A stretch of 64,000 nt of DNA from an uncultured Candidatus Saccharibacteria bacterium (lineage in GTDB: Bacteria; Patescibacteriota; Minisyncoccia; Phycocordibacterales; UBA9973), in the NCBI GenBank assembly GCA_964450735.1, contig CAYVDC010000001.1:69577-133576 (forward strand). Reading direction: 5' to 3'. Of the stretch, positions 27,816 to 37,068 are shown one piece after another (position 1 is the first letter of the stretch; every line of letters begins with the position of its first letter). A program made the translations under genes and the position numbers. The notes under the pieces are model-generated. The model was not told the origin of the DNA and ran no database searches. It saw only the letters and a list, made by a program, of their open reading frames with translations.

Positions 27816-30553
27816 TGCTTCAACTATCAGGTGCGATAAGCATTAGTGATATATGGAATGAAGTTCAAATGTCCATTACTCAATCAAATTTTAGTGGGCT
27901 TGAAACTTCACAATATTTTACATTAAATCAAAATTCATTTTATAAACCAAGTCAAGCTATTCCAAGTGCTTTGACTGAGTGGTATGGATATTGCCATTTT
28001 TGTACAGGAAGTGGTAGCACAACAACTACATCTACAACATCTCCTGCTTGTAATTACGGAACAATAACTCCTGATACCGGTTGTTATCTTGGGGGAACTT
28101 TATATATTGTCACATCAAATAATGTAAGCAGTTTACAGGCAAGTATTGATGGCGGTGCTACATGGATTGATGGACTTTTTATGTTCACAAATGCGTATAG
28201 ATTTACGGTGGGAAGTGGATTTTTTAACGTTTACATGAGAATTAATAGTTCATGTCCTGCTACTTACTTAGGATTTTATCAAGTTTGTGCCACTACAACC
28301 ACAACAACAACATCTCCTGCTTGTAATTACGGAACATTAACATTTACAAGTGCTTCTTGTCAAAATGGAGGTAGTTTATTTTTCAAAACATCTATTTCCA
28401 CATCCACATTACAAATTTCAACAAACAATGGAGCAACATGGGTAAGTGGTGTTTTAAATGCAAATGGCAGATTCAGATTCACCGTTGGTAGTGGATTTTT
28501 TAACGTTTACATGAGAATTAATAGTTCATGTCCTGCTACTTACTTAGGATTTTATCAAGTTTGTGCCACCACCACTACAACAACAAGTACATCTACATCA
28601 ACTACATCTACAACCTTAGCACCATCAACTACAACAACAACAATTGCCGCAACTACAACCACCACTCAACCGGGAACGACCACTACCACCACTGTTCCAT
28701 CATATTGTAATTTTGGAACAATAACTCCTGATACCGGTTGTTATCTTGGGGGAACTTTATATATTGTCACATCAAATAATGTAAGCAGTTTACAGGCAAG
28801 TATTGATGGCGGTGCTACATGGATTGATGGACTTTTTATGTTCACAAATGCGTATAGATTTACGGTGGGAAGTGGTAATTTACATGTTTATTTGAGAGTG
28901 GATGAAGGATGTCCCCCAACAGACATTGGATATTTCACAGTTTGCGGAGCATCTACTACAACCACAACAACAACTGGTAGTCCAACCACTACACAACCAC
29001 CTACGACAACAACGCTTCCTCCATTTACCACTACGACGACAACGTTAAGTGGAACGACTACTACGTTAGCTCCAACAACTACAACCACCACTGTATTTAC
29101 AGGAACTACCACTACATCTACTACACAAGCACCAACCACCACTACAACAACGGTGAATTGTAATATATCAACTAATAATGTTACAGCAGATTGTGTCGGT
29201 GGAGGTAGTATTCATATTTATACATCAAATTCACCTGTTTCGTTACAAATTTCATTCGATGGAAGTACGTGGTATAGCTGTTCTAATCAGGGTGGTGGTT
29301 TATTCTCAGCAACAGTTCCACCCGGAACATATGGAAGTGTATATGCAAGGGTGAATAGTTCATGTGGTGCTACCCAAATTTGGGGAAATATTGTAATATG
29401 TGTTGCCACTACAACTACGATTGTTACTACAAGCACAACATCAACAACAAGCACAACAACTCTCTCTCCTGCTACGTTAGATTTCACACTTAATTCTGAT
29501 TGTGTAGATGGAAGAAATCCATTAGGTGCTATTTCTGTATCGGGAGTTGTAAATAATGTGGGAAGTGTTCAATATAGTATTGATGGTGGGGCTTATCAAG
29601 GAAGTAATGTCTTCTTAGATTTACCAAATGGTCTTCATAGTGTCACTGTAAAAGATTCTGCTAATAACACTAAAACTAAATCCATCACTGTTAGTTGTAC
29701 GGTTGTCACTACATCTACTACAAGTACGACATCTACAAGTAGTACCACCACCCAAGCACCTGCTACAACAACGACAACACAAGCACCAATCACTACATCT
29801 ACAACGTCAACAACGAGTACAACAACACTCTCCCCTGCAACATTAGACTTTGCTGCAAACGCAGATTGTGTTGATGGACGAAATCCGAAAGGAGCAGTGT
29901 CTGTTACAGATGTTGTGAATAATGTTGGAGCAGTTGAGTATCAATTAGATTTTGGTTCATTTCGAGGAAGTAATGTATTTTTAGATGTTCCGAATGGGAC
30001 ACATTCTGTTACAGTGAGAGATAGTGTCGGAAACACTAAAACAAAAGGTGTCACTGTAAGTTGTACAAATCCTACAACCACCACATCTACTACACAAGCA
30101 CCAACAACCACTCTTGCGCCAACTACTACGTTAGCTCCAACGACAACATTAGCCCCCACCACTACAACCACAATAGCGATTCCTCCTGGTGTTGGTGATT
30201 TAGCGATAGATGTTTCTATTTCAAACAGTAATCCTTGTATTGACACTGTGATAAGTGTAACATGTACAGTGACTAATCTGGGCCCAAATACTCAACATAA
30301 TGTAACATTTGCTAATTATCTTCCTGTTTCATTAACTTATGTTTCAGGAAACGGTGTGAATTCAGGAGGAACTGTATCTAAAACAGCAGGAACATTAGCT
30401 AATGGGGCAAGTGACACTCTTTCTTATAATGTCTATGTTAATAATCACGCTGTTAATAATATTGTTATTTCCGAAATAACAGGATATAGTGTGGCAGACC
30501 CCGATAATTCAAATAATCATAAAAATGCAGCATTTACTTCTAAATATTGCTAA
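27815..30553 (+). CDS. Thr-rich mosaic surface/adhesin-like protein with SprB-type Cys-bounded repeats (912 aa)
   Basis: Three copies of C-N-(Y/F)-G-T-(I/L)-T...SIDGGATW(I/V)...FTVGSG...C domains are separated by poly-Thr (mucin-like) linkers. Two copies of DCVDGRNP.GA(I/V)SV...V.Y..D.G....SNVFLD.PNG.HSVTV.DS.(N/G)NTKTK..TVSCT resemble the SprB repeat consensus. The C-terminal domain is DUF11-like (CIDTVISVTCTVTNLGPN). Confidence 0.6.
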   Translation: MLQLSGAISISDIWNEVQMSITQSNFSGLETSQYFTLNQNSFYKPSQAIPSALTEWYGYCHFCTGSGSTTTTSTTSPACNYGTITPDTGCYLGGTLYIVTSNNVSSLQASIDGGATWIDGLFMFTNAYRFTVGSGFFNVYMRINSSCPATYLGFYQVCATTTTTTTSPACNYGTLTFTSASCQNGGSLFFKTSISTSTLQISTNNGATWVSGVLNANGRFRFTVGSGFFNVYMRINSSCPATYLGFYQVCATTTTTTSTSTSTTSTTLAPSTTTTTIAATTTTTQPGTTTTTTVPSYCNFGTITPDTGCYLGGTLYIVTSNNVSSLQASIDGGATWIDGLFMFTNAYRFTVGSGNLHVYLRVDEGCPPTDIGYFTVCGASTTTTTTTGSPTTTQPPTTTTLPPFTTTTTTLSGTTTTLAPTTTTTTVFTGTTTTSTTQAPTTTTTTVNCNISTNNVTADCVGGGSIHIYTSNSPVSLQISFDGSTWYSCSNQGGGLFSATVPPGTYGSVYARVNSSCGATQIWGNIVICVATTTTIVTTSTTSTTSTTTLSPATLDFTLNSDCVDGRNPLGAISVSGVVNNVGSVQYSIDGGAYQGSNVFLDLPNGLHSVTVKDSANNTKTKSITVSCTVVTTSTTSTTSTSSTTTQAPATTTTTQAPITTSTTSTTSTTTLSPATLDFAANADCVDGRNPKGAVSVTDVVNNVGAVEYQLDFGSFRGSNVFLDVPNGTHSVTVRDSVGNTKTKGVTVSCTNPTTTTSTTQAPTTTLAPTTTLAPTTTLAPTTTTTIAIPPGVGDLAIDVSISNSNPCIDTVISVTCTVTNLGPNTQHNVTFANYLPVSLTYVSGNGVNSGGTVSKTAGTLANGASDTLSYNVYVNNHAVNNIVISEITGYSVADPDNSNNHKNAAFTSKYC
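28058..28218 (+). repeat. Intragenic direct repeat A copy 1 (~161 bp, near-identical to 28714-28874)
   Basis: The string ggaacaataactcctgataccggttgttatcttgggggaactttatatattgtcacatcaaataatgtaagcagtttacaggcaagtattgatggcggtgctacatggattgatgg...tacggtgggaagtgg occurs twice, apparently identically. Confidence 0.8.
28213..28291 (+). repeat. Intragenic direct repeat B copy 1 (~79 bp, identical to 28491-28569)
   Basis: gtggattttttaacgtttacatgagaattaatagttcatgtcctgctacttacttaggattttatcaagtttgtgccac occurs twice. Confidence 0.8.
28491..28569 (+). repeat. Intragenic direct repeat B copy 2
   Basis: See copy 1. Confidence 0.8.
28714..28874 (+). repeat. Intragenic direct repeat A copy 2
   Basis: See copy 1. 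Confidence 0.8.
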
Positions 30554-30560
30554 TGATATA

Positions 30561-30573
30561 TATTTATATAAAA
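30561..30573 (+). promoter_or_regulatory. Late-promoter-like motif TATTTATATAAAA, 18 nt upstream of ORF 30592
   Basis: An exact copy of the recurring motif, preceded by ATATA. Confidence 0.45.
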
Positions 30574-30591
30574 CAAAACATCTCATAAAAC

Positions 30592-31017
30592 ATGAAACTC
30601 ACATTAGATGAAATTTTAAAATTAGATTTTGAATTGAATGGTCTTCCTTCTGACACTGAAAAGAGAGGAATAAATTCATTGAAACTTTCTTTGAAAGTAA
30701 AATACAGACTTTTTGAATTGAATAAAATTATCAAGGAAACAAAGGAAACGTTTGAAACTTTGAAAAATGAATTGATTATGAAATATGGAAAGGAAGTGGA
30801 AGGTGGAGGATATTCTATTGAACAATTTGTTGATGAAGATAGAACTGTTTTGAATGGAGATTTTATAAATTTTGTAAATGAACTTAGTACACTTTCAAAA
30901 GAAGAAAAGGAATTTACATTTAAAAAACTTTCCATTAATGACTTAGGTGATTTGGAAACCGAAGAAGATATTCAGGTGTTCTTTAAATTAATTGAGGATG
31001 AAGACCTTGAAGGTTGA
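30592..31017 (+). CDS. Hypothetical acidic protein
   Basis: A 141-aa Lys/Glu-rich ORF on the + strand with its own late-motif promoter. The competing minus-strand ORF 30564-30935 reads as its Ser/Phe-rich antisense artefact. Confidence 0.5.
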   Translation: MKLTLDEILKLDFELNGLPSDTEKRGINSLKLSLKVKYRLFELNKIIKETKETFETLKNELIMKYGKEVEGGGYSIEQFVDEDRTVLNGDFINFVNELSTLSKEEKEFTFKKLSINDLGDLETEEDIQVFFKLIEDEDLEG

Positions 31018-31249
31018 GCCTAATTTAATTGATAAATTACTATCAATTAGAAATGAACTCAACACCCACCTTGCTGAAATAGGAAAAATTGAAATTCAAA
31101 TTGATTATTTAAAAGAAAAAAAGAAAGAGGTGTTAAATTCTTTCTATCAATTTGAAAACAAAGATTCTGACGTGGTAAATGAGATAGTAAGTAAATATGG
31201 GGAGGGTAAAATCAATTTTTCAACGGGAGAAATTGAACTTTTCCAATAA
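30992..31249 (+). CDS. Hypothetical small protein
   Basis: 85 aa, overlapping the previous gene by 26 nt; the start is uncertain. Confidence 0.35.
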   Translation: MRMKTLKVEPNLIDKLLSIRNELNTHLAEIGKIEIQIDYLKEKKKEVLNSFYQFENKDSDVVNEIVSKYGEGKINFSTGEIELFQ

Positions 31250-31276
31250 AAATGATAGATATTCTTTGAAATATTC

Positions 31277-31289
31277 TATTTATATAAAA
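31277..31289 (+). promoter_or_regulatory. Late-promoter-like motif TATTTATATAAAA, 7 nt upstream of the sheath gene
   Basis: An exact motif copy. Confidence 0.5.
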
Positions 31290-31296
31290 ATAAAAA

Positions 31297-33009
31297 ATGG
31301 CAGGATACTATAAATCAGCAGGGGTCTATATCAATGAACAAGACCTATCGGTATATTCAAGGGGGAATGTTGAAGTAGGAGCAGCTATTGTCGGGCCGAC
31401 AGTGAAAGGTGCTGCTTTATTTCCAACAGTGGTTACTAATTATGATGAATATTTAACTTTATTTGGTTCTACTTTTCAAAGTGGGTCTGATTATTATGAG
31501 TATTTAACATCAATTACAGCACGAGAATATTTTAATAATGGTGGAAAATCATTGTTAGTTGTTCGTGTTATGTCGGGGTCATACGCTAATGCTACAAGCA
31601 CCATCACCACTCCAACAGGTTCTACCGCCTTCATGTTAGAAGTGCTTACAGATGGGACGATAATGAATAACAGTGGTTCTGAAATTGCTAACAGTTCAGG
31701 GTCGTTAACAAGTGGCTCTGTGAACAATGTTCGTTGGGAAGTTGGTAATGTGAACACACAAACAGGAACATTTTCATTGTTATTGAGACGTGGAGATGAT
31801 AACCACAGACGTAAAGTGGTGTTGGAAACTTGGAACAATCTTTCATTAGACCCAAATTCTCCTGATTATATTTCTGCAAGGATTGGTGATGCCAATTATC
31901 AATTCGTTTCGTCAGATAATATTCTTCAAATTACAGGTAGTTTCTTGAATAAATCTGCTTTTGTGAGAGTATCTTCTGTGACGGCTAAAACTCCTAATTA
32001 CTTAGATAATTACGGAACAGCTAAATCACAATATACATCAAGTCTTCCTGCAAGTGGTAGTGGTAGTTTTACAGGCGGTTCAGATGGAACGATAAATCAT
32101 CCAATGAATTTCTTTCAAAACATTAGTTCAACTAATTCACAAGGATTCACTCCTAATACAAGTGCATATGATTCAGCCCTTTCTTTAATTAGTAATAAGG
32201 ATGAATATCAATTTGATTTGTTGTTAATTCCGGGAATCACTTCTACCACCCACCCACTTGTTGTTCAAAAGGCATTGGCTGTTGTTGAAGATAGACAAGA
32301 TTGTTTATTGATAATAGACCCAACTCGTTACGGAGATAGTCCAACAGATGCAACAGGACAAGCGACAGGATTCAATAGCAATTATGCTGCCATGTATTAT
32401 GGATGGGTACAATTGAAGAACAGCAATTTGAATAATGCTGTTTGGTGTCCACCTTCTACGGTTATCGGGGGTGTTATTGCATACAATGACAGTGTTTCGG
32501 AGGCATGGTTTGCTCCAGCGGGTTTCAATAGAGGAGGACTTCCAAATGTAATCCAAGTGGAGCGTAAACTCTCACAAACTGTTAGAGATACACTTCAAGA
32601 AAGTAATGTGAATCCAATTGCAACATTTCCTAATAATGGAGTGGTTGTTTGGGGACAGAAAACATTGCAACGCCAAGCAACTTCAACAGATAGAATCAAC
32701 GTGAGACGTTTATTGATTAAAGCTAAACGTTTTGTAGCAAGTGTAGCTAATGGATTGGTGTTTGAACAAAATACTAACACCACTCGTAACTTATTCCTCT
32801 CTCGTGTAAATCCATTCTTTGAAAATGTTCAACAAAAACAAGGACTTTATGGATTCCAAGTGATAATGGATGATAGTAATAACAGCCCAGATACAGTGGA
32901 TAGAGGTGTTCTTTATGGACAAATTTTCATTAAACCAACTCGTACTGCTGAATTCATCTTAGTTGACTTTACCATCACACCATCAGGTGCAGTGTTTGGA
33001 AATGCTTAA
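31297..33009 (+). CDS. gp18: Tail sheath protein (gp18-like)
   Basis: N-terminal YKSAGVYINEQDLSV is the classic sheath PGVY(I/V)-E-D start. The 570-aa size and the position immediately before the tube gene fit. The C-terminal RINVRRLLIKAKRFV matches the conserved sheath C-domain. Confidence 0.85.
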   Translation: MAGYYKSAGVYINEQDLSVYSRGNVEVGAAIVGPTVKGAALFPTVVTNYDEYLTLFGSTFQSGSDYYEYLTSITAREYFNNGGKSLLVVRVMSGSYANATSTITTPTGSTAFMLEVLTDGTIMNNSGSEIANSSGSLTSGSVNNVRWEVGNVNTQTGTFSLLLRRGDDNHRRKVVLETWNNLSLDPNSPDYISARIGDANYQFVSSDNILQITGSFLNKSAFVRVSSVTAKTPNYLDNYGTAKSQYTSSLPASGSGSFTGGSDGTINHPMNFFQNISSTNSQGFTPNTSAYDSALSLISNKDEYQFDLLLIPGITSTTHPLVVQKALAVVEDRQDCLLIIDPTRYGDSPTDATGQATGFNSNYAAMYYGWVQLKNSNLNNAVWCPPSTVIGGVIAYNDSVSEAWFAPAGFNRGGLPNVIQVERKLSQTVRDTLQESNVNPIATFPNNGVVVWGQKTLQRQATSTDRINVRRLLIKAKRFVASVANGLVFEQNTNTTRNLFLSRVNPFFENVQQKQGLYGFQVIMDDSNNSPDTVDRGVLYGQIFIKPTRTAEFILVDFTITPSGAVFGNA

Positions 33010-33028
33010 TTAGAATTTTTTCTTTGAG

Positions 33029-33062
33029 AAAGCCCATTGAATATTTCTTTGGGCTTTTTTTA
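33029..33062 (+). terminator. Rho-independent terminator after the sheath gene
   Basis: An 8-bp stem aaagccca / tgggcttt with a 13-nt loop is followed by ttttttt. It abuts the next late motif at 33071. Confidence 0.65.
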
Positions 33063-33070
33063 TTTCCTTA

Positions 33071-33083
33071 TATTTATATAAAA
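33071..33083 (+). promoter_or_regulatory. Late-promoter-like motif TATTTATATAAAA upstream of the tube gene
   Basis: An exact motif copy, 19 nt before ATG 33103. Confidence 0.5.
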
Positions 33084-33102
33084 AGAAACTAATTATTTTA
33101 AA

Positions 33103-33588
33103 ATGGCTATTATAGATTCTAACCAAATATTTTGGACTGCATTTGAACCTGTTCAAACAAATAGATTCATAGTCTATTTGGATGGAATTCCTTCATATAC
33201 AATTAAGAAAATTTCTCTCCCAACAGTTGAAAGTGGTGAAGTGGTGATTGACCACATTAACATTCAGCGTTATGTGAAAGGAAAAACTAAATGGAGTACA
33301 TTTAATATTGAATTATATCAACCCATCGTTCCAAGTGGAGCGCAAGCTGTAATGGAATGGGTGAGACTTTCACATGAATCAGTGACAGGTAGAGATGGAT
33401 ATTCAGATTTTTACAAAAAAGACTTGACATTTAATGTGTTAGACCCCGTTGGAGCTATTATTTCTGAATGGGTGTTTAAAGGATGTTGGATAACAGCAAG
33501 TAATTTTGGAGAATATGATTATGGAAATGAGGGAATGGTGAACATTCAACTCACCATCAGACCAGACTACGCTGTTCTAAATTATTAA
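33103..33588 (+). CDS. gp19: Tail tube protein (gp19-like)
   Basis: At 161 aa it matches T4 gp19 (163 aa). It lies immediately after the sheath gene and has a beta-rich composition. Confidence 0.7.
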   Translation: MAIIDSNQIFWTAFEPVQTNRFIVYLDGIPSYTIKKISLPTVESGEVVIDHINIQRYVKGKTKWSTFNIELYQPIVPSGAQAVMEWVRLSHESVTGRDGYSDFYKKDLTFNVLDPVGAIISEWVFKGCWITASNFGEYDYGNEGMVNIQLTIRPDYAVLNY

Positions 33589-33664
33589 CATTCATTGTTG
33601 TTTTGTGGTTCGATTGAAAGGGCAGTTTTTCTGAAATTGCTCTTTTTTGTTTATGAATTATATA

Positions 33665-33677
33665 TATTTATATAAAA
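33665..33677 (+). promoter_or_regulatory. Late-promoter-like motif TATTTATATAAAA upstream of ORF 33685
   Basis: An exact motif copy, 7 nt before the ATG. Confidence 0.5.
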
Positions 33678-33684
33678 GAACCAA

Positions 33685-34449
33685 ATGTTAACAACAGATT
33701 ATAAATTTCCCACCGAAATAGTAGAACTTCCAAGTAAAGGGCTGATATATCCAAGCACATCTCCATTAAGTTCAGGAGAGATTGAAATGAGATTTATGAC
33801 AGCAAGGGAAGAGGATATTCTCACCAATCCAAATTATCTTCAAAAAGGAATTGGTTTTATGTTAGACCAATTACTAAAATCACTTATTGTTTCCAAAATT
33901 GATGTTGACGAATTAATTGATGGAGATAAATCAAAGGTGATATTAGCCGCACGTATTCTTTCCTATGGAAAGGACTATACGTTCAAGATGACTTCTCCAT
34001 TTACAGGAAAAGAAGTGACAGTAACGGCAGATTTACAATTATTAGAAGATAAAGAACTTGTTGAATTTGAAAAAGGAAAGAATGAATTTTCATTTATATT
34101 TCCAACAAGTAAAATTCCTGTTACATTTAAACTATTAAATGGATACGACAATAAGAAAATTGATGAAGAATTGAAAGGATTGAAAAAGATATATCCAAAT
34201 GAGAGTTTTGATAATACAGTGAGGTTGAAACACACCATCACATCAGTTGATGGTTCTACTGATAATGCTACTATTAGAAGTTTTGTTGATAATAAACTAT
34301 TAGCAATGGATTCTCGTGCATTAAAAAGACATATCAAAGAAATTTCACCTGATGTAATTACTAAATTTACTTATAAAGAGGATGGTGACACTGAGGAGGG
34401 TGTTGAGATTCCGTTCAATTTATTCGATATGTTTTTTCCACAGTCCTGA
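33685..34449 (+). CDS. Tail assembly protein (possible tape-measure chaperone)
   Basis: The position between tube and tape measure matches the conserved myovirus sheath-tube-chaperone-TMP order. An overlapping +1-frame ORF follows. Confidence 0.4.
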   Translation: MLTTDYKFPTEIVELPSKGLIYPSTSPLSSGEIEMRFMTAREEDILTNPNYLQKGIGFMLDQLLKSLIVSKIDVDELIDGDKSKVILAARILSYGKDYTFKMTSPFTGKEVTVTADLQLLEDKELVEFEKGKNEFSFIFPTSKIPVTFKLLNGYDNKKIDEELKGLKKIYPNESFDNTVRLKHTITSVDGSTDNATIRSFVDNKLLAMDSRALKRHIKEISPDVITKFTYKEDGDTEEGVEIPFNLFDMFFPQS

Positions 34450-34459
34450 GTATAAAAAA

Positions 34460-34717
34460 ATGGTGTTTGAAGAGATACATGAAATATGTTTCTTTTCAAA
34501 TGGAGCTTATTCTTTCAATGAAATTTATAATATTCCAATTTACATACGGAAGTTTCTTAGAAATGAATTGAAAGAATGGTATGAAAAGAATAGACAAAAG
34601 GAATCAAATGTAATTGATACTAATACAGGAGCAGATGAAATAAAGAACATTTCCTCTGTTTACAAAAATAAATTAGCAGACACTCCATTTGCTTACCAAG
34701 TGAAGAAGCCACAATGA
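34460..34717 (+). CDS. Small protein downstream of, or +1-fused to, the tail assembly protein
   Basis: The ATG at 34460 lies 10 nt after the upstream stop. The same frame is open back to 34382, overlapping the upstream gene by 68 nt, so a gpG/gpGT-like +1 frameshift product is possible. Confidence 0.35.
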   Translation: MVFEEIHEICFFSNGAYSFNEIYNIPIYIRKFLRNELKEWYEKNRQKESNVIDTNTGADEIKNISSVYKNKLADTPFAYQVKKPQ

Positions 34718-34728
34718 GTGGCTTTTCA

Positions 34729-34741
34729 TATTTATAATAAA
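34729..34741 (+). promoter_or_regulatory. Variant late-promoter-like motif CATATTTATAATAAATG upstream of the tape-measure gene
   Basis: The core has two substitutions relative to the TATTTATAtAAaA family. Confidence 0.3.
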
Positions 34742-34748
34742 TGATATT

Positions 34749-37061
34749 ATGACTATTGACGAAGAAGCCAGACGACAGCTAAAATCAAATATAGAACGAA
34801 TTGATAATACTCTTTATACTGATAAAGAGTTTGATAAGATTTTATCAAAAAGTAAGAAGTATAAAACTCTTTTGACAGAAATAAAAAATGAGTTATTAGA
34901 AACGACTGATACTTACGGAAAAATATCGTCTGAAATTAGAAAAATAGAAGACCTTTTAAAAAAAGGAAGAACTAAATCTAATGAATGGAATGATGTTAAT
35001 AATAAAATATTAGGCACTTTTAAATCAATATCTTCGATTAATAATACTTTATTAAGTAATACAGATGCTCTTTTAACAGGAGATTTGGAACTCAAAAAAG
35101 TAAAAAGTGATATTAATAAATTAAGTGGAATTCAAATTTCTCTTACATCGCAGCGAGATGAGATTCAGAATGTTGTGTTGAAAGGTATATCCGATGAGAG
35201 AGCCGAATTGGATTTATCATTAGCTGCTGATAAAAAAAGAAATACTGAATTAAGATTACAAGAACATCAGTATAGAAAAATAATAAAGGCTATTGACGAT
35301 GAAAGAGCAGGACTTACATTAGCAGAAACCACACTGAGAAATCAAAAGGAACAAGTTAAGTCTATAAGTGACCAAATGGGGATATTTGGAAAATTAATGA
35401 GCAGTTTAAAGAATTTTCCCGTACTTTCGAGCATAGTTGACTTAGAAGTAGTGGAAGATAGTATGCAAAGTTTTATAGTATCTGAGAGGGGGGCTGCTTC
35501 TTGGTTGGGTGTTTTGGGTAGAGGTGCAAGCACATTCGGGACGGAATTAGCTGCGGCATTTGGCCCAGCAACAGCACTTTTTCTCGCTGTCGAAGGAATA
35601 GTTGGATTGTTCAGAGCATTCATGGCTTCTGATGATAGAATCACGAGGATTCAAAGAAATTCATCAATGAATGTTAAAGATGCTACTAAACTTAGAAACA
35701 TAAATACGCAAATAGCCAATGAAAGTAAATTAACTTATGAACAAATTCAAACATCAAGAGAAAAGGTAAATGAATTGACAGGACTTTCTATTGTTCTTAA
35801 TAATAGAAATATTGAACAATTTGGATTAATGGCTGAAAATTTAAAACTTTCAGAAGAATCTTTAGCGGGACTTTTATCAAACAGCTTTCTTTTAAATGGA
35901 AGTGTTGAAAATACAATTGATAGTATTTTAGGAACAAGTGAATTGTTACAACATCAAAGCAAATTGTATTTAGATGATAAGAAGGTGTTGGAAACTGTCC
36001 TGAAAACAAGTGGAGGAATTAGAGCTAATTTTAAAGGAAATGTTACTGAATTGACAAAATCTGTTACACAAGCACAAAGTTTAGGTGTGACATTAGAGCA
36101 AATTAGTTCATTTGGAGAAAAATTATTAGATTTTGAATCTTCTATTTCATCAGAATTACAAGCTGAACTAATAACAGGAAAGCAATTAAATTTAGAACGT
36201 GCAAGGTATTATGCACTAACAGGTGATACTAATTCATTGATGAAAGAAATGTTAGCTAATACAGGTGATATTGATGAATTCACAAAGATGAATGTAATTC
36301 AACAAAAATCCTTAGCAGAAGCATTTGGTATGTCGAGAGATGACCTATCTGATATGTTATTTAGAACAAAACAATTAGCTTCAATGAATAGAGCTAATTA
36401 TTCAGAAAGAGCTAAAAAGGAATTTATAGAAGGAAAGTCTATTGAAAAACAAATAGAACAATTAAAATTGTTAGGAAAAACTAACGATGAGATTGTTACA
36501 GCATTAGGAAAAGGTGTTAGAGGTAATTTGGAACAATTAAAGATTGATGAAGAATTTGCTAAGAGAGTGGATGATTTGAAAAGCTCATTTTTAAGTAATT
36601 TTGGGATTGAGACTATTAGAAGTTTTTTTGCTGTTCTAAATAGAGGAATGATTTTCATAAATAAATTAGTAGCGGTTAAAGATAATATTGGATTGGGGAT
36701 GGAATCTGCAACTGAAATGGCTAATAGAGCTACAAATAGAATGAGTTTATCTGGACTTATTTATAATACAATACACCCTGTCAACGACAGCGTAATTTCT
36801 CCAAAAGGAAGAATTCAAATATCAACCCCCGAAGGAATGATAACTCCGAATATTAAAGATAGCATCATCACCACAACTAACCCACAAGCATTATTGAATG
36901 GAGGTGGAACTGATGTTAGAAAGGAGCTTCAACAACTAACACAAGAGGTGAAAAGGGGAAATGATATGATAACAAGTGCTATTAATCAGAACAAAAACAT
37001 CTATATCAATTCCACTAAATTGACGGAAACTATAAATAAGTATAATAACAAGCTCACTTAA
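34749..37061 (+). CDS. Tail tape measure protein
   Basis: A 770-aa, highly alpha-helical coiled-coil-type sequence with a central hydrophobic Gly/Ala segment (AASWLGVLGRGASTFGTELAAAFGPATALFLAVEGIVGLF). It follows the sheath, tube and chaperone genes. Confidence 0.7.
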   Translation: MTIDEEARRQLKSNIERIDNTLYTDKEFDKILSKSKKYKTLLTEIKNELLETTDTYGKISSEIRKIEDLLKKGRTKSNEWNDVNNKILGTFKSISSINNTLLSNTDALLTGDLELKKVKSDINKLSGIQISLTSQRDEIQNVVLKGISDERAELDLSLAADKKRNTELRLQEHQYRKIIKAIDDERAGLTLAETTLRNQKEQVKSISDQMGIFGKLMSSLKNFPVLSSIVDLEVVEDSMQSFIVSERGAASWLGVLGRGASTFGTELAAAFGPATALFLAVEGIVGLFRAFMASDDRITRIQRNSSMNVKDATKLRNINTQIANESKLTYEQIQTSREKVNELTGLSIVLNNRNIEQFGLMAENLKLSEESLAGLLSNSFLLNGSVENTIDSILGTSELLQHQSKLYLDDKKVLETVLKTSGGIRANFKGNVTELTKSVTQAQSLGVTLEQISSFGEKLLDFESSISSELQAELITGKQLNLERARYYALTGDTNSLMKEMLANTGDIDEFTKMNVIQQKSLAEAFGMSRDDLSDMLFRTKQLASMNRANYSERAKKEFIEGKSIEKQIEQLKLLGKTNDEIVTALGKGVRGNLEQLKIDEEFAKRVDDLKSSFLSNFGIETIRSFFAVLNRGMIFINKLVAVKDNIGLGMESATEMANRATNRMSLSGLIYNTIHPVNDSVISPKGRIQISTPEGMITPNIKDSIITTTNPQALLNGGGTDVRKELQQLTQEVKRGNDMITSAINQNKNIYINSTKLTETINKYNNKLT

Positions 37062-37068
37062 CGCTTTA

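Noticed and set aside
28888-30246. Minus-strand ORFs rich in poly-Val (28888-29142, 29287-29487, 29941-30246)
   Set aside because: They are the antisense reading of poly-Thr (ACN) codons in the 912-aa + strand gene. Composition is pure low-complexity, and they lack independent start context.
27815-30553. Repeats in the Thr-rich region as a possible CRISPR array
   Set aside because: The repeats are long (79-161 bp), lie within one continuous coding frame, and have no regular short spacers and no cas genes. They are intragenic domain duplications.
30564-30935. Minus-strand 123-aa ORF, the only sizeable reverse-strand candidate
   Set aside because: It is Ser/Phe-rich low-complexity antisense of a Lys/Glu-rich + strand ORF. 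The + ORF has its own late-promoter motif, and every other gene in the window is on the + strand.
33589-33684. Possible terminator after the tube gene (gggcagtttttctg...ctcttttttg)
   Set aside because: Only a 3-4 bp complementarity could be found by eye, weaker than the clear hairpins after the capsid and sheath genes. It is not reported as a feature.
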